DNA of 62,529 nt, filler included, from Asterionella formosa (Eukaryota), in the NCBI GenBank assembly GCA_002256025.1. It is 23 parts of 23 records of this genome, joined end to end, with 100 filler letters (N's around TTAATTAATTAA, not from the genome) between each part and the next. Parts side by side here need not be neighbours in the genome. Positions count along the whole stretch, not along the records: positions 38,147 to 40,768 come from NKIB01015036.1; positions 40,869 to 43,489 come from NKIB01015037.1; positions 43,590 to 46,210 come from NKIB01015038.1; positions 46,311 to 48,931 come from NKIB01015039.1; positions 49,032 to 51,652 come from NKIB01015040.1; 18 more parts are not named here. The stretch is one strand, 5' to 3'. Of this stretch, positions 38,047 to 49,387 are shown piece after piece. Below the pieces are notes generated by a model. The model made no database searches. It had not been told where the DNA came from and saw only the letters and a list, made by a program, of their open reading frames with translations. The position numbers and the translations under genes are program-made. Numbering within the stretch: position 1 is the stretch's first letter; every line of letters starts with the position of its first letter.

Positions 38047-38399
38047 NNNNNNNNNNNNNNNNNNNNNNNNNNNNNNNNNNNNNNNNNNNNTTAATTAATT
38101 AANNNNNNNNNNNNNNNNNNNNNNNNNNNNNNNNNNNNNNNNNNNNTGAGATCATCCAATCTCATCATTACTCAGGACATTTTAGTTTGTGAAAACCTTC
38201 TAATAACTTAACTAGTATGTGAAACTATATTAGTTAAGAATATTTATATTATATTTGTGTATTTATCAACGTTCGCTTGTTAGTTTTTGGTCCCACCCGA
38301 TTGATTTCCATAAATGACGTGGAGGCATGGCAACATAAAATTTATCTTTCCGTATCTGTTCCAAAACTTCTTGCGGTTTCAGAGATTTCATTGGCTTGA

Positions 38400-39700
38400 T
38401 TCCTGTGGCTTCAAAGCAGGAACAACAAATGATACGTTTATGATCGGAGATGATCTCTGGAATATCTGGTGATTTTCTTTCTTAAAAAAACATGTCCATT
38501 CTTCAGGGATAGTCCGATAATTGTACAATGATTCCAAAATGTACTTAAATATCCCAAGTAGTAATTGATGAAGAACCTCAAATGGAGTTGCACCAAATAA
38601 TCCTTATAAGTCACCACCAAAAAATGATTTATTAGTGCAGGCATAAAAGGATTATGCGATATAACACGGCACCACTCATTTGCTGTTGCGTAGGTCTATT
38701 TGCCATTAGATTAGGAGACACAATACTCAGGTGGGATACATGGTAACTTTCCATCGGGATATGCATTTTTGTCAAGAAATTAGCATCTGTGACTTTTTAC
38801 GACGTTCACATCCAATATCAGGATTATCAGCATCCTCAGTTGAAACCAGGCAATCACGACAAACATATTGTCGATATAATCCATTACCACCCCTGAAACC
38901 ACAAATTTTTGTGTGCTCTTCTTTATCACCAATGATCATTCCAATCTGGAAATAAACTTTTGTCATACCAAGACCATGAACCCAAATATCGTATGACTTG
39001 TTTGGATCGCTCTTCGAAAGGCGACAATAGAAATCCTGTAACAGAATGGTATAATTTGAGTCGACATAAGGACAAGTCGTCACCAGATAACTTATTATTC
39101 ATTTGTTTCCTTCTCCAGATCACTGACTTCAATGTCTGGCAAAAGAGATACCAATAGCCATCCATCAACTTTTTTCATTCCTTCATTGTCAACAAAAACG
39201 GATGCTTGGAATGTTTCATTTGTTTATCAATAGGTGAACCATCACTGAAAACTGCTAGGGCAACAAATGAACACCCTTACTTGCCTTCAACACTCCATTT
39301 TCTGATGCAGGAGAATTGTTGAATGCATTTTCAAACCAAGTCGCGGAAGTTCCTTTGTCATATATGCGTTCTCCACAAGTTGTAAGTTTCACTTGTGGGT
39401 GACATACAAAATGTTGCATGATATCGGAATCACGGAGCTAGCAATCCTGCCAGGAGCTGTACTGGTTCGAAATAATGGTGTGTGCGTGGGATGATCATGT
39501 TTGAATTGTTATCAATCTGTATTGGTTTGGTCAACAGTTGACCACCAGCTAATGTTGGTGGAAATGAAATTCACATCCATGCGTTTTTTCAAAGTTTGGT
39601 AGGATGGAGCTTGATATGCCACCTTCCATCAAAATATTTCATTGCTTTGACCTTGAACAGCCATTTCATTAGATGATCAAAGTAAACTGGTGGAAGGTAA
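38400..39700 (-). pseudogene. Plavaka/CACTA-like transposase, decayed
   Basis: FQIGMIIGDKEEHTKICG...CRDC..STEDADNP..GC matches the IGD..(G)H..LCG..CRxC core; many frameshifts. Confidence 0.6.
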
Positions 39701-40280
39701 TTCTCGTTAAGGAAAAAACATGAGTTCTCATTTGATTGGATGCGCGCATTTTTAGGGAATGTATACTTGGAAGTTGAAATTGAGGAGGAAGGGGCATTTC
39801 CATTGCATTTTCAGGGAGAAAGCCGGTGTGATCTTGGAAATCTGAATATTGCATGGTCTCTGAATTCAATCCTTGGAGAGTTTTTCGTCTCAATTGTTCG
39901 TCTTGTTGTGACTGAATATTGTTATAAACTGAATCATCGCTGAATTCATGAAATGGATGATTGTGGCCACTTGATTCAAGGAAAGGACACATAATCTCTT
40001 CTTGTTGTCTACTCTCCCTAAATGCTGCAGCAGTTACACGGCCATCATTAACTTCTTTCCTTGAATGATTCGATGCACTACCGCAATACATAGTTTCATT
40101 ATGTATTCCAGGAACTCGATGATGTTCTTGCATGCAATGTTGACAGTGACCATATGCATAAAAAACACGGTTGCTACAATTTCGATTGTGAGACTCAGAT
40201 GGGGATTTGTTCTTCTTCCGAAATTTGTAGTTACACAGATAACACAATTGCAATGTCTGCAAAGACATTGCAAATTTCAA
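39669..40280 (-). CDS. Cys/His-rich hypothetical ORF upstream of the Plavaka-like transposase (possibly its N-terminus)
   Basis: 203-aa ORF with CYLC...C...HCQHC; same strand and adjacent to the transposase remnant. Confidence 0.3.
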   Translation of the reverse strand: MKFAMSLQTLQLCYLCNYKFRKKNKSPSESHNRNCSNRVFYAYGHCQHCMQEHHRVPGIHNETMYCGSASNHSRKEVNDGRVTAAAFRESRQQEEIMCPFLESSGHNHPFHEFSDDSVYNNIQSQQDEQLRRKTLQGLNSETMQYSDFQDHTGFLPENAMEMPLPPQFQLPSIHSLKMRASNQMRTHVFSLTRITFHQFTLII

Positions 40281-41102
40281 ATGATGAAAAAGTCAGGATA
40301 TGAACAGGATAGAATGAAAATGAATTACCGGTAATAATAATTAATTTAGCATCACTCCGATCATGCTGTACTGGACAATACAGAGTCGTGAAATTATCAC
40401 TCCACCATAGTAGTAAAAATGGAGGTATACCGCTACATACAGTACAGGCGCCACTACTAGTAGTATAGAGCAACATCAATGTTTTCCTAACATCTATGAT
40501 ATGCTTTGTGCATTGTAGAAGTCTCACACTAACTATATTTATTATGTAACTACTAAGTATGCATTGGATTCTATTAGATCCATTCAAAATAAACGTCGTC
40601 ATCAATGTCCCGTTGATTAATGCGTTCTTTGTAATCAATACTCTTCTCAGGAACATTTGGTTGGAGTGCGTGGTTCAACATATTGATGCATATCCTCTTC
40701 ACTTACATTGGGAAATGAGAGGTATAAGTGTGGGTAGATGATATTTGTGGTGGAAGTAGGGGGTAGCANNNNNNNNNNNNNNNNNNNNNNNNNNNNNNNN
40801 NNNNNNNNNNNNTTAATTAATTAANNNNNNNNNNNNNNNNNNNNNNNNNNNNNNNNNNNNNNNNNNNNTTGGGCAATTCCCGCTCCAGCTATCGTCTTGC
40901 CATTCGGGTATTTTTAAGTAATTTTTAGGCTATAAGTAATTTCTTTAGTAATTTTTATTTAGGGGCAATACGGGGCACATCGAATTTTTCGGCATAAAAA
41001 TTGCCGATTTTTAGAATGACAGACAGAATAACGGTAATAATGCATGGAGATGGCACAACAAGCGTAAAACACACGAGAATGATTGTAACAACATGCAACA
41101 TC

Positions 41103-41166
41103 AGAGGGATGGCTTAGTGGTTAGCACACCCAATGTGGTGGCGGGTTCGATTCCTACATTCTCCAC
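41103..41166 (+). ncRNA. tRNA-like Pol III element (pseudo-tRNA or SINE head)
   Basis: A box TGGCTTAGTGG, B box GGTTCGATTCC, partial acceptor pairing, ends ...CTCCA; anticodon arm shortened. Confidence 0.5.
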
Positions 41167-42169
41167 CTGTCTTTTTCATGTACCGTAGTCCCTAGGGTTC
41201 CGGGGGGTGCGGAAAAAGACAGGTCCCCGTTGTACCGTACGAACGAATAAAACCGGTACTAATTGTGTCCATCTATTTGGTGGGCCCGAGTGCAATTATT
41301 GGATAGCTTTAATGTACTATAAAATTTGATTGACATTTTAACAACATGCAACATCAATGAAAATTGAACATAATGTTTGGAGCAACCAAAGTATGAAATG
41401 CGATGTAATAAGGCAGTTGCATCAAATAAGAAATAGAAAAAAATGTTTTGGGTTAGAAATGAAGTAAAAATTAGGAGTTTCAATGGAGACGCATGCATTG
41501 TGAATCATTGTAGTACTTACATAGGCAACATTGCTTGACTTTCCATCACCACACTATCGAAGACCGAAACAAGAAGAAAAAATGCTGAACTCAGTTTAGA
41601 CCTGCATCGTTATGTAGCATAAATGGTCTGGTTGCTGCAACCATGCGCATCGCTGTAGTAGCCTGACACCAGTAGCAGTATTTTCGCCACAGTCATCATT
41701 CCTCCGCCCACCAAACAAGCAACTCTGATCATTACATTCTGAGCAAGCGTGATTTCCACGCTGCACCAGCACTATTGACTCTCTCTAGCTGAGTATTTAT
41801 GTAGCTTGTCATACGAACTCGCAGTATAAATGTAGCAAAGTGCATTAGTACAAGAAAAGCATTGCTTGGCAGCAATATTGACATCATGGTAAACGACTAT
41901 ACACATCAACAAATACGATCAACAACAATATTTCGTCAAAGAGAAGTCATCGATAAATTCATTGGCTCTTATGTAGATAGATACAATCGAAACAAAACGA
42001 CAGTGTGGAAGGACAAACGACGATGGAAGCGATCAAAACGGACCATGGAAGCAATCAAATCGGAACTTCGACAATTTTGTATCTACAATCACATTCAGTG
42101 TTTCACTGTTGTACTCACCGATCCGCTCTAACAAGCGTAACACAGCACAGCAGACGATGGGCTCATAAG

Positions 42170-43250
42170 AAAGTCGAAAATTCCTGTTGCAAGCCCAAAT
42201 TGAGCAACGGCAGGCAGGATAGAGTGAGAATTATAATTGTGAGGACGAAATCGGGCATTCGGTACGTAAAATCAATCAATATGTGAACGATCTAATTTAA
42301 CATTCTGGTCTCGTAAAGATAATACCGAGTCTACAGCGATAATAATATAACGTGTTCAAAGTAAGCGTTAAAGTTTAGCTTAAACCATGCATGGTTGTTT
42401 TCAGTACCACGTACGTATGTAGGCTAGATGACTACCTGAAGAATATCCGTTAAGCATCATCACATGCATGACCGGAGCAAAAACTTGCCACCAACATCAG
42501 ATGTATCGCTCTCATTGCTCATCCAACGAAATATGGACGATGCGACTACATGAATCCCTCGAGAAGACAAGCAATCCAACAACCAATCGCATCCGTTAGA
42601 CAACGAATCGCTACTGGCATCATCACTGAACTGATTTCGCTTCAAACCGGTAATGATGGACAACGATGGGCGTGGTGAAAGGTGAATTGCCGGAGTCCAC
42701 TTTTCAGGAGACGAACAAAAACGAGGTGAATTCTAGATATAAATTATTAAAATCTGTAGAGTATATAAAATGGTTTCCTTAAGTAGACCCCTTGCCAATT
42801 TCGGCAATACCAGGGCTGGACAACCGAGGGGCAATTGCTACAAATTGTAATGCCAAAATGCGAAGATAGGAAATAAACATAATATATTTTTATGATGGGC
42901 AATATCGGACCCATTGCAAATTTCGATGTGAAGATAGGAAATCTACGAAATATATTTTATATGATGGGCTATAGTGAGCTAAAATTGACATTTACACTCG
43001 ATGAGTGGGCAGTAGGTAAGCGAATGGCATGACAATAGCTAGTTTGTGAATTGCCTCAGCAATACCCTTCTCGGTGGCTACATGCCTTCTCGTACACATG
43101 TGCTCTCGGCTGGGATGGCACTCGTAGGGTGACCCTCTCGCAGCGCCGGGGGCACCACTCGTACAGTCAACCTATTTGCGCCACCCAGCCTCAAACACAT
43201 GTATACTCGCAGGCAGCATGAGACCACCTCGGGCGTGTATTGCCTTCAGC
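42170..43250 (+). repeat. Dispersed repeat; 42170-42795 plus 43200-43250 match 47215-47735, and 42795-43250 matches 4565-5040
   Basis: Blocks ggcaggataga.t..gaattat.attgtgaggac, gaagacaagcaatccaa, ggtgaaaggtgaattgcc and aaaatggtttcct.aagtaga.ccttgcc are shared. Confidence 0.8.
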
Positions 43251-43589
43251 AATCCAATTTTAGGTTTGAGCAGGGACCATCGAGCAACATCAGGAGTCGT
43301 AGCATTCTTTTCGCTCATGCATATTAAGGTTGCGGCCCTGCGGTTACACATTGCAAGGTCCGTTTTTTCCCAAAATAATTATATGATGTACCTTAATCCA
43401 CACATTACGTACAAGTAAATAAAATAGTTAAAGGTAAAGTTAGCTTTCACCAATACGACCACTTTGCACATGCTTAGATACAGTCATGGNNNNNNNNNNN
43501 NNNNNNNNNNNNNNNNNNNNNNNNNNNNNNNNNTTAATTAATTAANNNNNNNNNNNNNNNNNNNNNNNNNNNNNNNNNNNNNNNNNNNN

Positions 43590-44223
43590 GACCACGTTCC
43601 GAACGTGGAATGAAAGAAGGGGCTACTTCTTGACCATTCGCCTTGCCAATGGTGTACACGCGATAGAGACTAGCTTCCACTTCGTACCAACTCGTGAACC
43701 CATGCAGTCCAGGATGCTCCGAGTGTATGGCTTTGATAGGTTGTGTGCGATGAATTGATGTGGCAGTGGCAACTGGCTGAGGTTGGATACGAGACCCACT
43801 AATGATGTTCGATGTTGTTGCTTTGGTCGGCGATGGGAGTGAGGCTGCTCCTGCTGCCTGCGAGAGTTCCTTGACGAAACAGGAGTTCGCCGCTGGGGGT
43901 AAAACGATTTTAGGAACAGATGATGCTTCTTCCCCCGAACCCTCATTAATTACTTTCCTTTCCTCTTTTTCTTCTTGTGAGGAAGAGCATTGCTCTTCCT
44001 CTTGTTCTTCTTCAACGGGCTCTTTGTTTCGTTCCAACGAATCCAAGAGCTTGGACCTATTCCTACCATGTCGTTCCGGTGCTTCCATCAAACGTTTGCC
44101 ATGGTCCATAAATGGCGTTTGTAAGGGGGTAGGATACCAATGCCAAGCCAATGCCAACACAACAGTGACAGCGATACGACCAAGCCATTGTTGGACCAAG
44201 CTATCGTCATCAAGAAAGGTCAT
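43590..44223 (-). CDS. Hypothetical protein, 5' part (N-terminal TM/signal anchor), 3' end cut by the contig end
   Basis: Long ATG-initiated ORF with hydrophobic IAVTVVLALAWHW and a globular-looking HPGLHGF..WYEVEASLYRVY. Confidence 0.65.
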
Positions 44224-44668
44224 GAGGGTGGTCGATATGATGGGGAGGTGGTTTGCATGTTACCGGTAGATTTTTAATTGTGTGCGTTGGAACAATAAGT
44301 ATGATGGTATAATGCCAGGTATACTACCTGGTACCTGGTACCGGTAGAATATAATGCCGTTGATTTTTATTGGCTTTCGCGATTATAAAGCTATATTAAT
44401 AGCTATCTTAATAAATAAATACATATACATATATTATATTCATTCATAGATTGCATCTACAAATCACTCCTATCTATACTGGCAGTCAAGATTGAAGTGA
44501 TGAACTGTATTAATTGAAAACAACAATAGCAAACCATAATCAAATCATCCTGAAGGAGTAACAGTTTAATTCGATAGAAACATATTGTCACTGATGGTTA
44601 TAGCTGCAAATTACATCAGAAAAAAACTACCGAAAAAAAGCAGGCGGCAAACACAAACGAACAGAACT

Positions 44669-46210
44669 TTAAAAAAATGAACTGACAATAGTGTTTCCAG
44701 AGCCACGGCGAGATCTTGTTTTCTTCTTCTTGGCTAACATTAGTTTCTTGATGTCACATTCTGCGTCGTCATAACTTTTCATCTGTGGGGGAGGGGTCTT
44801 TGCCCGGAAATCAAGCGACCAGAATGGTGCAGGCGGCTTGGACTTCTCACGTTTTGTGGATTCAAAACCAAGCCGGGCCACATCAATCATTTTGGAAGCC
44901 TCCTTGAGTTGGTTCTCACTAAATTCTTCATCCGCAACTTCGTCAGAGGAAAAGTGAGTCTTGATGGGCGCCTGCTGTCGAATTTTGTTCACCTCCCGAC
45001 TCATGGATTCCGCGGCGACGCGGAGATCGTCAACACCACGTAGCGTTTTGGCAAACGACTCAAGCTCTTGATTTGATCTCTCACGTTCCTCGCGAAGTTC
45101 TTTTTGTATGGCACTGATAGTCTTATGCGATTTTTCCACATCGCGTTTCAACATTTCGTTGACCTCCTTTAGAGCATCGATTTCAGCTTCCAATTCCATT
45201 GTTGTGTCACCATCGGATTCATAAGACGACGAGCAATCTCGAATGGCTTCAGCGCCCTCGGGCTTTTTTCTTCCTAAGAAACCACGTTTCTTAGATGGTG
45301 TAAGACTCTTTGAGCTGCCATTTCGACCCTCATATGTATCCACTTTCTCCCTCAAGAAACTGATTTCCTTTTGAAGTTCATTGATGTATAACTTGAGGTG
45401 GTCAGATTCTTCACTGTTAGTAAACTCTTCCGGGGGGCTTTGAATCTCCAAATCTTCGACGACACTTTTTAGTCTTTCAATCTCTAGATCTTTCTCCAAG
45501 CCGGCTTCAGCCAATCGTCGTAGCTCAGAGTACCTCCTGATCATTTCTTCAGGTGAATTCTCGTCAACAGGAGGGTTTACTTTCCGAGCGTCAATAAGGT
45601 CCTTATTGAGGCGATTGACTTCATCCTGGAGAAACAAAATCTCTTCAGCTGCCTCATCATCCAAGTCGCGATTTTCAGTAGTTGACTCGTTATGTTGTGC
45701 TTTCTTTAGTTGCTTTCGGAGTCCTTGAATTTCTTTGGCAGCATTCTCAGCATCTCGTTTGGAACGATGCTTGAGTCGTTCAAGTTCTTTCTTGGTGCCC
45801 TCAATCACCTCGCTTGAAGTCTGCTGAGTGGAAGCTACCAAATTCTTCAAACTTTCGATGGTATTTCTGGCTTCTTCCAGTTTTTCTGCTAATTGCGTGT
45901 CAGGTTCAGATGTGGAGTCAGTAACAGAGGCTGTTTGCGAGAGGCTCTCCAGCGTGGTTTGCGAGAGGCTCTCCATTTTTCCTGTTAGCGATTTGTTATC
46001 TTCGGCAAGTCGCTCAATCTCACAGCAGGAACTTGCATTTTCTCGGTAGGCCTCGTCGAGTTGGTTTTTGAGGTCGCGGATTTCCTTGTGCAATTCTTCC
46101 TGTTTAGACATATCTTCTGCAACGTGATCTTCAGCTTCTCGTGCGATTTCCTCTGCGTCGCCAAGTCTCTGCTGGAGACCCACGATCACTGCATCCTTTG
46201 CCTCGACTTC
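44669..46210 (-). CDS. Coiled-coil protein, 3' part (5' end cut by the contig end)
   Basis: More than 500 open codons with E/K/L heptad-rich composition. Confidence 0.85.
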   Translation of the reverse strand, partial: EVEAKDAVIVGLQQRLGDAEEIAREAEDHVAEDMSKQEELHKEIRDLKNQLDEAYRENASSCCEIERLAEDNKSLTGKMESLSQTTLESLSQTASVTDSTSEPDTQLAEKLEEARNTIESLKNLVASTQQTSSEVIEGTKKELERLKHRSKRDAENAAKEIQGLRKQLKKAQHNESTTENRDLDDEAAEEILFLQDEVNRLNKDLIDARKVNPPVDENSPEEMIRRYSELRRLAEAGLEKDLEIERLKSVVEDLEIQSPPEEFTNSEESDHLKLYINELQKEISFLREKVDTYEGRNGSSKSLTPSKKRGFLGRKKPEGAEAIRDCSSSYESDGDTTMELEAEIDALKEVNEMLKRDVEKSHKTISAIQKELREERERSNQELESFAKTLRGVDDLRVAAESMSREVNKIRQQAPIKTHFSSDEVADEEFSENQLKEASKMIDVARLGFESTKREKSKPPAPFWSLDFRAKTPPPQMKSYDDAECDIKKLMLAKKKKTRSRRGSGNTIVSSFF

Positions 46211-47214
46211 NNNNNNNNNNNNNNNNNNNNNNNNNNNNNNNNNNNNNNNNNNNNTTAATTAATTAANNNNNNNNNNNNNNNNNNNNNNNNNNNNNNNNNN
46301 NNNNNNNNNNTGATTGGGGTACCGGTACTTGACATCAATTCAGTCCTATAAATGAGGAGTTCAACGCTTCGATCCTCCTTCTATCTAATATTAGCTAGGT
46401 GGTAGTACCGGTATATCCAGCACACAGAACAAATATCTATGAAAGAAGTCTACCGGTAGTGTCGTCACTTGATGATACCTGTCTCACAATCCTTCCCATA
46501 TAAATACTGGTACCTGGTACCGGAAATATAGGCCCGCAGTTTATTATACTGTACAGTCGTTGGTATGAACCTAGGAGCGACGGGAGGATAGTACCGGCAA
46601 GGCTCACATTCAACCATAGTAAACATTTGCACCGGTGTCAACATTTGTACATGGTATTCCAGTACAAGGTAAGTATGATACTATTGTCATGGTCGCATTG
46701 CGTGATATCGCAAGCATGACGATGCAATTTTTCTATTTATAAAATCTTAAACATAAATTGTATATCATGTGTTCATAAACATACATATGGATACATGTAC
46801 ATTGAGATATCACGAACAGGCGATGACAGGGGAAGGAAAGATCCTCGCTAGACAGAACCCTACGAAAACACATACGATATGGTTAGTTATTCATTGAATT
46901 CTAGTTACGGTAGGAGATGGTACCAGGTACCAGGCACCGCCTCTCCTGTTTACATATAGTATATGTATACAGACTACACCATGTATGGGAAGGCAGCGCA
47001 ACCTGCCGGTATTACTCGTCGCCGAAACAACTCCGATGATTCTCAGAAATCATGATCTCGTCTAAAATTGCCTGGGTGCGCTGTCACACATAAATGCGAT
47101 GGTCCATGCGCCCAACGATAATGCTGATGTCGTCCTTTCATAGTTTCTACGTTGTACATAGACTAGCTAGTCTTGTAGTATACCGGTACATCATGCAATC
47201 TGGAATGATCATCA

Positions 47215-47735
47215 GCAATACTGGAAAGCCCTGTTGCACAAGCCTGAAATGAGCAATGGTAGGCAGGATAGAATCAAGAATTATTATTGTGAGGACAAAA
47301 TCAGGCCTACGAAAAATCAATGAATATCATGTGAACAATGTGATTTAATCTTCTGGTCTCATAAAGATAATACCAGCCAAGTCTACAGCATTGTTTGCGC
47401 GTCCAAAGAAATAATGATGATGCAACTACATGAATCCTGCAAGAAGACAAGCAATCCAAAAACCAACCACATCTATTCGACAACAAATCGCTACTCGCGT
47501 CATCAATGAAGTCATTTCACTTCAGACTGGACATGACAGATGATGATTGGAATGGTGAAAGGTGAATTGCCAGAGTCACTTCTCACTTTTTCTACAAACA
47601 AAACTGAGGTGAATACTACTAGATATATAAATATCAAATCTGTTAGAGTATTTAAAATGGTTTCCTCAAGTAGAACCCTTGCCTTGTATACTCATAGGCA
47701 AGAGACCACCTCGAGCATGTCTTGGCTTCAGCAAT
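47215..47735 (+). repeat. Internally shortened copy of the 42170-43250 repeat
   Basis: Joins ...agtagaacccttgcc directly to ttgtatactc..ggca.gagaccacctcg, skipping about 400 bp. Confidence 0.75.
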
Positions 47736-48784
47736 GTATCAGCAACAGCCAGATAATTGATTTGAACTGAAAATGGTCCATTCTCCACATAAATTGTATC
47801 ACTCCAAACATATCTGAGTGTATCGCAGCAGTGCAATACAACTGGTTGTCAATGACAACAGGCCAGTGATGAGCATTTCAATATACATGAGGAAGAACAC
47901 ACCGGTATAGATATATGTAGCCTTTGTATGAAATAGTCTTTAAAAAAAAAAAAAATTCTCTAACAGAGAATACCAATACATACATGGTGCTACTGGGAGA
48001 CATGATGTAAAGATATACTCCCTCCTCTGTTCATCTGATATAGCTGCAACCAAACTTTAGGTCACTGCCTCCCATGAGGCGCAAGTCCTTCCTATTTAAA
48101 AATTATTCCGAGTCGAAGGATGTTTATAAAATGTGATCTTAGTTTTCTAGAATTAGGTGAACCTGACCTCGGTTTTTTGCACGTTTTCCGTACTAGAATG
48201 GCGCCCCGACTGGAATGTTTGCTCTAGACCCCCCTTTTCATTGACCCTTCATTACTCAACAGACATAAGTAGAAAAATTTAACACCAGAACAGTGTAGAA
48301 GTGACAATACATTGTCAATTGATTGCTTTGCAATCTCAAAAGGGAGGCTGATGAGACTGTCAACATGGATGGTGGCCTGCTTGTCATAAATCCGGGCATG
48401 TACCAAACATTAGCAACTTCATTATTTGACATCTGTATGTCAAAATTTTATTTGTTAAGAAACGCATGCTTGTTAGTTCATTTAGCTCAATGTCTTTGTT
48501 AGTAATAGCCGGTATTACACACATGGCTGGATACAGGCTAGTACTCTGGGCAACAAAAATCAACAGGAGCCCTACTAGACGATACAAATGTGTCGCTATT
48601 TAGCGTTAGTACTATCTCCAAGTATGCGTTTTTTTGGTGGCCAATACATTAGCGGGTTCATGACCCACTTAAACAACTCTTGAAAGGATGGGATGGTCAC
48701 ATCCTTTGGCGGCAATTTCAATTTGCTCTTCACGGTCTGGGAAAATGCAGTTGGGCATCTACTAAGCCGCGAAATACGCCACAT

Positions 48785-49160
48785 TTCGAAATTTCGTCTA
48801 CGTATGAGTGTTAATTATGTGGTACTTCACATGCATTAATGCCACTCTTCACGTAAAAAAGATTACTTTTAACGGTTTCATGTGAAGTTTTACCTGTTTC
48901 ATATGAAGTTTTCACAATGAATTTTGAACGCNNNNNNNNNNNNNNNNNNNNNNNNNNNNNNNNNNNNNNNNNNNNTTAATTAATTAANNNNNNNNNNNNN
49001 NNNNNNNNNNNNNNNNNNNNNNNNNNNNNNNAAAACTTCACATGAAACCGTTAAAACTTCACATGAAACCGTTAAAAGTAACCTTTTTACGTGAAGAGTG
49101 GCATTAATGCATGTGAAGTACCACATAATTAACACTCGTACGTAGACGAAATTTCGAAAA
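48785..49160. repeat. Two copies of one repeat terminus, on two different contigs (48785-48931 and 49032-49160), with ~21-bp tandem subrepeats
   Basis: Reverse-complement identity over about 110 bp, ending at TTTCGAAA in both. Confidence 0.8.
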
Positions 49161-49387
49161 GTCAAATGTGTGCCTGCACGAGTAGGAGTAGGTGAGGTCA
49201 CAAAGTCTGTAGATAGCCTATTCATTTCTCGATCGAGCTTTGTAGATTTCGTATCATTATTCGTACGAGGCTCGTTCGTATTCCTACCACCTGCGACGGA
49301 AATCTGCAAAGCTCACTCCCTTGGGAGTACTGGGATCGTCCGGTTTCGTTGGTAGTTCCGTATCAGCCCCTTGTTCGTCAGGAGGTA

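Noticed and set aside
41103..41166. Functional tRNA gene
   Set aside because: No 7-nt anticodon loop on a 5-bp stem and an imperfect acceptor stem; kept only as tRNA-like.
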